Positions 1-6,590 of a stretch of DNA of 8,129 nucleotides are shown piece by piece. Origin of the DNA: Caecitellus pseudoparvulus. Taxonomy: Eukaryota; Protista; Bigyra: Bicosoecida. A program made the translations under genes and the position numbers. Position 1 is the stretch's first letter. Every line of letters starts with the position of its first letter. Location of the stretch: NCBI GenBank assembly GCA_965644315.1, contig CBFFRQ010000129.1:1-8129 (forward strand), in the 5' to 3' direction. The notes beneath the pieces are model-generated. The model ran no database searches. It had not been told where the DNA came from and saw nothing but the letters and a program-made list of their open reading frames with translations.

Positions 1-1
1 C

Positions 2-3000
2 AAGGCTGTAGCAACTGATCCTGGCCTGCGGGGCCAGCTTCCACTGGACACCATGCTGTTTGTGCTGGGGCAGTTTGCATCACTCTCTGCAGACGTCCCT
101 GACGGCTACTTGGAGGAATTCCGTTGCATGATGTCTTCAGCCTTCCTGGCTTGCTTCCAGTGGATCCTCCCTGGCTGTGAGGGCAGCTTTGGCTCAGATG
201 CAGCGAAGCAGACAGTCATCCGTGCAATCTTGTTCATGGAATCGGGCACCCCCTTGACCTTGCCGGGAAGGGAGGCACCAGTAAGCTTATTGCGGCTGCT
301 AAACAAAGATGCACCGAGTGCGCTGCCATGTTTGGCAAGGGTGCAGCTGCTGAGCCAGTTGCACACTCACCCTGGTTTCAGTGAGCAGCTTGCACAAGTC
401 TCGTTCGAGACAAGCAGTGCCACGTTCATGCCGACTGCCCTTGGTATTGCTCTGTCACGCCAGGTTGCAGCGCTGTACGGGTGGGAGGTTGCGCATCTCA
501 AGACCCATGCTTCTTACGACTTGCTCGTGTGGATGCTTGCGAAGCACACTTCTGAGCACGTCCTTCGCATCGGACCCACAAACACATGCCCGCTGGAGCC
601 GGCGGCTGCTGAAGTACTGTCCTCCAGACATGCGGATGCGCGGTCACCCCTAGACAAGGCCAGGTTTGCTGCACAGAGCTTGGTGTTCTGCGAACTGCTT
701 GCTGCAATGCTCGGATCGAATCCAGATCACGAAAGTATTCGTGCACGGCCTGTGAAGGAAGCAATGAAGCGGCTCCAAGGGGCCAGTCCTGCATGGGGTG
801 CAGTGGTCATGGCGCACATCGCAGGCTCAGAGAGGGGATACGACCGCCTAACCAGAGTTCTGGCACATGAAAGCGTTCTGAAGGAGTTGGGTCTGGAGGC
901 CTGGCACTTGGCTTCTTTTGCTGAAAGCTCAGAGGAAGCAAAGGCTGCGTGCACAAAGTTCATTTCAGTTTCTTTGTCTTCTGATGAATTTGTTGAAGAG
1001 CTTAGCGCCCTTCTGAAGGCGTGCAACTCTGAAGCATCGGCTCTGCGTCCCGCCCTCGGTCGCTGTGCCGCTGGCTTGAAGAGCCACCGCTGCGCCCACT
1101 GGCTGACAAGCCCGACCACACAGTTTGTCCTCGGACTAGAAGCTGCTGCCGGCGACGCGAGGCTGAAAGCGAAAGAGGGAATGGAGCTGTCTGGGTCTCT
1201 CCTCGCAGGCGCGGTGCTCCACGAGCTTGTAGATGGCAAGTACGGCAACTCCTTGCACTTCGCCACCCACATCCCCGTCATGCTGTCGTTCTACCAGTGG
1301 TGCAATGAGGAGCTCGCAGGCAAGTTCACACGGGACGAGTGGAACATGCCAATGAAAGCTGTGTTGTCCAGCAAGAGGCTCGATCAAGTGGCAGTCGATG
1401 TGGGCAGAAAGAAGCTTGACGAGTTTGTGAGAAGTTGGAACTTGCTTCAAGCAGCATTTGGCATGTACGAAGCTGTGTGTGGCCACCAAGCTGAGCTCGA
1501 GCAGGGCATTCCCAGGCTTTCCATCGACAAAGAGGACGGCTTCAAGCAGCTCCTGCTGGGTGAGGCAATCAGTTTTCCGTTTGACGAGAGCGACAATGAG
1601 GGAGCTTTACCGTTGCGCATGCTCACAGAGCGTCTTGTCACGTCTCAGAACGCGATGATGGAGTTGGATGCAACAAGACAGCTGAGAGCGATGACAGCCT
1701 TGTCTGGCATCAATCGAGGAGGATGCTTGCTGGAAGCAACACACGGCGAGCGCTCCCTGATGCATGTTGCCAGCACGGCAGTCTCGTTCCGTGAACTTGT
1801 CATGCACACCGGGGAGGTCGATCCCTACGTTGATCAGGAAGAAGGCGAAGGCGCCCCTCTCTCACTCGTGGAGAAGCTTCGCCGACTCATTCCCTGCTTC
1901 TTGCGCTGGGAGGTGGATGTAGAGTACGACGATGTAGAGCCTGAACACGATTCTTCGTCTCTTGACCTTGACGAGCTCATTCGGCAACAGGCATTGGAAG
2001 CTGCACACAGGGCAGGACGAAGCACGCAACAGCTCATGCATGAACAAAAGTACAGCATCTGCCCGAACCCAGACTGCCAGCGCCTCATGGAGAGGACGAT
2101 GTACTGTGACGATGGCGTCTGTGGCCAGCACTCACATGAGAATGCCGCTGAGACTGCGAATCGGCTGAAAGACGAGAAGCAGAGCGGGAAGAAGCGTGGA
2201 TGTGGGGCAACGTTCAGCTACGAAGCTCAACGAGTACCGAAACCAAGGGCTGATGAGCCGCCACTGGATGTATTCCTGCCGGAGAAGTACAAGCTACGCT
2301 TGGACAGCGATGAGGCACGATCCAGTTGGGCCGCAGCTCAGGCAGGTGCTTCTGAAGGCTGCAAGGCATTTGCTTCTGGGCGCGTGGGCGTCGACTTTGA
2401 GAACTTGGCCCGCTTCTTACTCCCGCTGATCATGGGGGGGAAGATGCGCTTGGGCGTGTCTGACCTGCACGTCACGTTCAAATTGAAAGAAGAGGGTGGG
2501 CAAGCAGCGACCAGCAGCGTCAAGCCAGTTCTTGATGTTCCCGCGGGAACGGAGTCCAAGGAGGAGTCATGGTCTGAACAAGAGGAAGATCATGCAGAGA
2601 AAGAGCCCGAAGTTCCGGAAGTGTCTGAGGAGCAGTCCCTGCTTGAAGAAGCCCTGCTGCTCTGCGAGGAAGCTGGTGTTGAGTGGAAGGACAGCAAACT
2701 TACTGCTCTGTCGCTCACAGACAAGCAGTGGCGCGAACTCGTGCGCACTGCCACAGATTCCGTGAGGAAGCTGCTTGAGGAAGGCATTCTTGTTGCCAGC
2801 TTGAGAAGGAAGTTGTTCAATGGAGGCCCAGCACAAACATCACACAAACTCAGGCGACTGGCAGTGGGGAGCTACAAGTCCTTGGTGCGACACTTTCAGA
2901 AGCACCTAGCAAAGGCAAAATCTCACTGCGCTCTTCCAGATGCAATCATGGAAGTAGTAAACGAGCGCATGCGCTCCATTGAAGATATGTCAGCCGATGG

Positions 3001-4876
3001 AGATGCGAAGGTTGCTCTGAGTGACCTCAGCATGCTTAAACACCTGAGGGACGCACTCGCAGAAGCATCCGTCTCGTGGCTGTCCCAAAGCTCCTCAGAG
3101 TCGCTGCTGGCCGATAACCAATTTGTTCACGCAGCACTGTACGGAGAAAAGAAGCCAAAGATCTCCATGGCACACATTTTGCTGGGCATCACTCAGGCTG
3201 ACGGATCAGCCTCCGACGGAGTGCTTGTAGGCGCATTTGTTCCTGTCACCAACGCCATCCAGCAACTTTCTCAACGCCTTCGCACGATCTTGCAGGGCGT
3301 GGAAGATTTGAAGCGGAGTGACAGTTCTGGGGTGAACCCGCGCTGCAGATATGCTCCGAAACTCCTCTTTGCGTCAGACGCAAGCACACCAGACTTCTTG
3401 GACAGCGCACCCATCGGTCACGCCTTGGCAGCGGATGAGGCTCTGAAATTGGACGCACACAAGCAAATGCGGGAGCAAGAAAGGGAAGCTGCGCGCTTGG
3501 AGCCAACTGGAGGCCAAGCAATGCCCCAAGCGCAGTCACGCGGAGGGCAGGCCATGCCTCAACCAATGCGCACTGGGGGGCGAGGAAGCTCACATTTTCT
3601 CGGTGGACACCCACAGGCTGGGACAGCGGCCAAGAAAGAACAGCCGTTGCGTCGAATTGGTCAGTCTCCCGGTGAAATGCCGCTTGAGTGTGAGCAAGAT
3701 GTGATCGATGCTGTGGCGCAACTGAAGGCCTCTGCCTTGGCCTGTGGCACGCTGGACGACGAAAGCATGCACCTCGCTTCGCGTGTCCGGGAGGCTTTGG
3801 ATGGTGACCTGCGTGATGTATTATCAGACTTCAAGGTGATCGAGTTCACAAACGGCGTAGACGACCTTGTTGAGCAGCACGCGCCAAGCAGTGCTGGCCA
3901 GGAAAGCAAAGGCATCACACTCTCCCTGACTTTGCTTGGTGCGAGTGACCCAAGCTCGGACTCCTGCTTCTTGCGCAGTTCACAAAGAAGCAGAAGGATC
4001 AGGCTGGCAGATAGCATGCTGGAGTCCATCCCAGAGTTCCAAGCTGCGGCACTGAAGGGACTCAAGCAGCGCAGCCCTCCGAGTGAGCACTGCTTCATGC
4101 TCAAATGGGCTGGCATCACGACTCCAGTGGCCCTGAACGAAGCCAACTTTGCTGCATTCCAGACAGCTCTGCGCTCACCCAGCGAGAGTCGCTTCGGTGT
4201 GGGGGTGGTGAGCACGGATGCATGCATGCAAGCAGTTCCCCTATTGCTGCTCGGCCTGCCTGGCGACGGCCCAAGCGGGCGGGTGCTGGAGGCGCAAACA
4301 GAGATCAAGCTCGACATCCGCGTGCCGGTGGACGTGGGGACAATTTTCGACTTGGTGCACGTTCCAGCATCCTCTCGAGACAAGTTTATCGTGGAATTTT
4401 GCACCTCTGCCGGAACCAAGGCGCCTGGCAGCGACCTGTCCGGCGTGGTGCTGCAAAGCATCCACGTCCACCCAAGGCAGGCCTGCCATGTAGCCCTGTA
4501 CGTCGTAAGTGATATGGAGCAGGACATTCGGGCTTTGGAAACCTTGGGAACCCAACATGTTGGTGGCCGTGAGGTGTTGGCCGGCCCCATCGCGGTCCAG
4601 CTTGATCCAACTCAGACTTTTGCGGAGCAAGTGGCGGCCTGCTACGCGGCGGTGGGGCTTCCCGCTCCAGAAGACGACTCCATCATGGTGCTGCACGACG
4701 CTGACTGGATGGATGAAGAGTGGGATCCTGAAAAAGTGGAGTTGGGAAAGCACGTTGCAGTGGAGGTCGAGGAAGTACCGCACGCAATGCCACTCCCCGA
4801 CCCGCTGTGTGTGTGGGGAGGCAAAACGGTTGCGCTTGCGCGACCGACCATCGCGCTTCCAAGACACCAAGGGTGA
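2..4876 (+). CDS. Large RNF213/mysterin-like E3 ubiquitin ligase, C-terminal part (5'-partial; frame is open from the window edge, first in-window ATG at 53)
   Basis: Uninterrupted ORF of 1607 aa from ATG 53, and codons 2-52 (KAVATDPGLRGQLPLDT) are also stop-free. Ordered motifs LHFATHIPVMLSFYQW...FVRSWNLL...FP-x6-GALPLRMLTERLVTSQN...VASTAVSFRELV...LRRLIPCFLRWEV...VDFENLARFLLPLIMGGKMRL (nt ~1253-2452) parallel the RNF213 C-terminal series recalled as FLPEILALQ...FLSTWNKL...LP-x4-GLCATALVSYLIRLHN...VDAAEVTELHVI...LTPLILSNCQYQV...FDLEKIQRQIVSRFLQGKPRL. The CDS itself is near certain; the family call is a by-eye inference. Confidence 0.75.
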   Translation, partial: KAVATDPGLRGQLPLDTMLFVLGQFASLSADVPDGYLEEFRCMMSSAFLACFQWILPGCEGSFGSDAAKQTVIRAILFMESGTPLTLPGREAPVSLLRLLNKDAPSALPCLARVQLLSQLHTHPGFSEQLAQVSFETSSATFMPTALGIALSRQVAALYGWEVAHLKTHASYDLLVWMLAKHTSEHVLRIGPTNTCPLEPAAAEVLSSRHADARSPLDKARFAAQSLVFCELLAAMLGSNPDHESIRARPVKEAMKRLQGASPAWGAVVMAHIAGSERGYDRLTRVLAHESVLKELGLEAWHLASFAESSEEAKAACTKFISVSLSSDEFVEELSALLKACNSEASALRPALGRCAAGLKSHRCAHWLTSPTTQFVLGLEAAAGDARLKAKEGMELSGSLLAGAVLHELVDGKYGNSLHFATHIPVMLSFYQWCNEELAGKFTRDEWNMPMKAVLSSKRLDQVAVDVGRKKLDEFVRSWNLLQAAFGMYEAVCGHQAELEQGIPRLSIDKEDGFKQLLLGEAISFPFDESDNEGALPLRMLTERLVTSQNAMMELDATRQLRAMTALSGINRGGCLLEATHGERSLMHVASTAVSFRELVMHTGEVDPYVDQEEGEGAPLSLVEKLRRLIPCFLRWEVDVEYDDVEPEHDSSSLDLDELIRQQALEAAHRAGRSTQQLMHEQKYSICPNPDCQRLMERTMYCDDGVCGQHSHENAAETANRLKDEKQSGKKRGCGATFSYEAQRVPKPRADEPPLDVFLPEKYKLRLDSDEARSSWAAAQAGASEGCKAFASGRVGVDFENLARFLLPLIMGGKMRLGVSDLHVTFKLKEEGGQAATSSVKPVLDVPAGTESKEESWSEQEEDHAEKEPEVPEVSEEQSLLEEALLLCEEAGVEWKDSKLTALSLTDKQWRELVRTATDSVRKLLEEGILVASLRRKLFNGGPAQTSHKLRRLAVGSYKSLVRHFQKHLAKAKSHCALPDAIMEVVNERMRSIEDMSADGDAKVALSDLSMLKHLRDALAEASVSWLSQSSSESLLADNQFVHAALYGEKKPKISMAHILLGITQADGSASDGVLVGAFVPVTNAIQQLSQRLRTILQGVEDLKRSDSSGVNPRCRYAPKLLFASDASTPDFLDSAPIGHALAADEALKLDAHKQMREQEREAARLEPTGGQAMPQAQSRGGQAMPQPMRTGGRGSSHFLGGHPQAGTAAKKEQPLRRIGQSPGEMPLECEQDVIDAVAQLKASALACGTLDDESMHLASRVREALDGDLRDVLSDFKVIEFTNGVDDLVEQHAPSSAGQESKGITLSLTLLGASDPSSDSCFLRSSQRSRRIRLADSMLESIPEFQAAALKGLKQRSPPSEHCFMLKWAGITTPVALNEANFAAFQTALRSPSESRFGVGVVSTDACMQAVPLLLLGLPGDGPSGRVLEAQTEIKLDIRVPVDVGTIFDLVHVPASSRDKFIVEFCTSAGTKAPGSDLSGVVLQSIHVHPRQACHVALYVVSDMEQDIRALETLGTQHVGGREVLAGPIAVQLDPTQTFAEQVAACYAAVGLPAPEDDSIMVLHDADWMDEEWDPEKVELGKHVAVEVEEVPHAMPLPDPLCVWGGKTVALARPTIALPRHQG
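2060..2221 (+). other. Cys/His-rich Rcat(RING2)/IBR-like module within the large CDS
   Basis: CPNPDCQRLMERTMYCDDGVCGQHSH-x24-GCGATFSY follows the RBR Rcat pattern CPxC..IEK..GC.HM.C...(G)CG..FCW. The last Cys pair is absent, as in some variant Rcat domains. Confidence 0.55.
3509..3562 (+). repeat. Two in-frame copies of peptide GGQAMPQ (33-nt period) in a low-complexity linker
   Basis: gga ggc caa gca atg ccc caa (3509-3529) versus gga ggg cag gcc atg cct caa (3542-3562). Confidence 0.9.
3914..4213 (+). other. Possible PB1-like beta-grasp domain
   Basis: Order of elements ITLSLTLL / RSRRIRL / SIPEFQAAALKGL / FMLKW / PVAL / NEANFAAFQTAL / FGVGVV fits PB1 topology. The acidic OPCA (DxEGD) motif is absent. 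Confidence 0.35.
4484..4768 (+). other. Possible SUMO-like/ubiquitin-like domain near the C-terminus
   Basis: IAVQLDPTQTFAEQVAACYAAVGLP..SIMVLHDADWMDEEWDPEKVELGKHVAVEV aligns in register with SUMO1 (recalled) [55 protein letters not shown]; the last 30 residues need no gap. Confidence 0.45.
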
Positions 4877-4924
4877 CTTCATCTGCGAGCTTCCCATCTC
4901 TATTCAATACAATCTCTGTCATCT

Positions 4925-4938
4925 TTAGGTTAGGTTAG
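4925..4938 (+). repeat. Short variant telomere-like repeat TTAGG TTAGG TTAG
   Basis: Directly visible, ~50 nt downstream of the stop codon. Confidence 0.6.
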
Positions 4939-5180
4939 TCAGATGTAATGCATTTCACTTCCACACTTGTTCATGTGCGGTTCAGCTGGAGCTTCACAAT
5001 AGATGTTACAAACCGCTAGGCGGTCACTCACATCAGCATGGCTACCATTTTCATGGCTCTGCAACAAACACAGACTTTCGTCCGTTCTATATGTCGCCAT
5101 GTGCTAGGATACTTCAGTATCCGCTCCGGGTGGGAACGTCTTGTGAGTCCTGGATGGAGAACTTGTTTTGGTGGGGGGAC

Positions 5181-5646
5181 TATAAATCCATAATGAATTT
5201 ATGAGCGATATGTCTCAACTGCTGCCGCAGTTTGCGACTAAAAACAGATATATTTTTATACTATATCTATAATACTATTCTTAGATATATTTATATTATA
5301 TCTATAACACTTATTAGACCCTATCCCTATAAAACCAATCTCTTATAAACCCTTTACTATATTTTTTACTTACTTTTTACTACTATTTTATAAGTGTTAT
5401 CTTAAGGGTTATCACTACAATAAATAGAAATAATATAAAAAATATAATAAATATATATATATATATTTTTTCTGAGACTATTCTTAACACTTCATCAACA
5501 ATCAGTCAAAACAAAATTGAAGCAATCAACCATCCATCCAAACACCCTATTTTAGAAACAATCAAAGGAGGCGAAATGACAAAATAAAAAGATACATTCT
5601 AAATCACTTATTCATATATCATTTAACACTAAATCCATTATAACCC
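5181..5646. other. AT-rich subtelomeric island, non-coding
   Basis: Abrupt composition drop relative to both flanks (e.g. only 7 G/C in 5241-5300). No ORF in the track. Contains (AT)8 at 5451-5466. Confidence 0.85.
5246..5315. repeat. Imperfect ~35-bp tandem duplication, each unit a hairpin (AGATATA...TATATCT)
   Basis: agatatatttttatactatatctataatactatt (5246-5279) versus agatatatttatattatatctataacacttatt (5283-5315). Confidence 0.75.
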
Positions 5647-5670
5647 TTAGGGGGTTAGGGTTAGGGTTAG
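5647..5670 (+). repeat. Short internal telomeric tract TTAGGGGG TTAGGG TTAGGG TTAG, preceded by one inverted unit TAACCC (5641-5646)
   Basis: Directly visible; same orientation as the terminal array. Confidence 0.95.
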
Positions 5671-5745
5671 CTACTCAATGCATTGCAGATTGCCTCCATG
5701 CAGGCTACATCATGGTACAGCTTGGGCTTGGACATGTGGTGCCAC

Positions 5746-6289
5746 CTGCGCCACAACAGAATGCAGTGACACAGACACCACGACGGCACCGCTTGCACGG
5801 CTTTGCGACTAGCACAGACTCGTGTCCGTTGTATAAGTCGCCGTCTGTCTTGGCGCTTCAGCGCCCGCCCCGGTGGGATGGTCTTGAGGTGTAGGTCCAG
5901 GTCTCGGTCCACTCTTGTCTTGTCCGTCCAGTCCAGTCTCGTCCGTCTCGGTCCGATGTCCAGGGGTGGAGACCCGACTTGCTTGGCTTGGGTGGCGGTG
6001 TGGGCTGGAGGATATGGACTCGACACGGACTGGGTGTTGCTGAGATGCAAGCACACGACCCAGCCCGGCTGTCCCTTCGGCTCAGGTTTGGGGGCGGCCT
6101 CACAGATCTTGCTGCAAGTGCCTTCCCCTTCCACTGAGCCGAGTCCTGATGTGTTGGTATCGATGTTGGGTTGGTGATGGTGAGGTTGGGTTGGACTTTC
6201 CAATGTCCGATGTCAGCTATGTGCGTCGGTCGCGACACAAAGCTTCAGTCATGTGTGGCACAGGGAGTATGCCCCCACAGGTGACTTAC
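5746..6289 (-). other. Putative 544-nt spliceosomal GT-AG intron (phase 2)
   Basis: Consensus donor GTAAGT at 6289-6284, GCAG acceptor ending at 5746, low-complexity interior. Confidence 0.55.
5893..5961. repeat. Low-complexity GTCC/GTCTC degenerate repeat
   Basis: aggtccaggtctcggtccactcttgtcttgtccgtccagtccagtctcgtccgtctcggtccgatgtcc; GTCCGATGTC occurs at 5951-5960 and again at 6205-6214. Confidence 0.7.
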
Positions 6290-6590
6290 ATCAGGCGTCC
6301 ACCCATCTGCCCGATCGAGATGTGGGGCACATCCTTGACCTTGGGCAGGCGACCCTCGCCGTCTTCAGGCACCAGCCGCTTGAGGGGGTCCTTGACCTCA
6401 GCCTCCAGGGTGGCGGCCTGCTGTCGGGTCATCCGCCCATGAGGCATGGCCACCCTTGTGCCCTTGCCAGCGATGAGGGTCTGGGGGTGCATCGCGTGCT
6501 CAGGCAGGGGGAAGTCATCTCGGAGAGACTGGAGTGCCCCTCGAAGCCTGTCCCGGAAGGGTGCTGGACTGCCCGCCTCGGGTGTGGTCC

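Noticed and set aside
3661-4590. 309-aa antisense ORF and other short ORFs overlapping the large CDS
   Set aside because: Shadow ORFs expected opposite a GC-rich, codon-biased gene; no recognisable motifs.
5247-5470. RIP-mutated transposon relic (TpA-rich, CpA/TpG-poor)
   Set aside because: Compatible in composition, but nothing shows the host is a RIP-competent fungus and no unmutated copy is available for comparison.
5564-5587. Shine-Dalgarno-like AAAGGAGG followed by ATG ACA AAA TAA
   Set aside because: Eukaryotic context and only a 3-codon ORF; probably chance.
5183-5638. 9-bp direct repeat TAAATCCAT (5183-5191, 5630-5638) flanking the AT island as a Mutator-type target-site duplication
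   Set aside because: No convincing terminal inverted repeats directly inside it, and 9-mers recur easily in AT-rich DNA.
5641-5670. Telomere-telomere fusion scar or telomerase RNA template
   Set aside because: The orientation is opposite to a fusion (C-unit precedes G-units), and there is no supporting RNA structure evidence for a template.
5667-6203. 178-aa - strand ORF as a standalone gene
   Set aside because: Most of it is low-complexity sequence inside the predicted intron; only the last 25 codons look like an exon.
5671-6590. Hammerhead ribozyme as found in Penelope-like pLTRs, or a Helitron 3' hairpin (GGCGC-TTCA-GCGCC at 5852-5865)
   Set aside because: No CTGANGA...GAAA core seen on either strand by eye (only CTGATGT), and no CTRR terminus at the proper distance from the hairpin.
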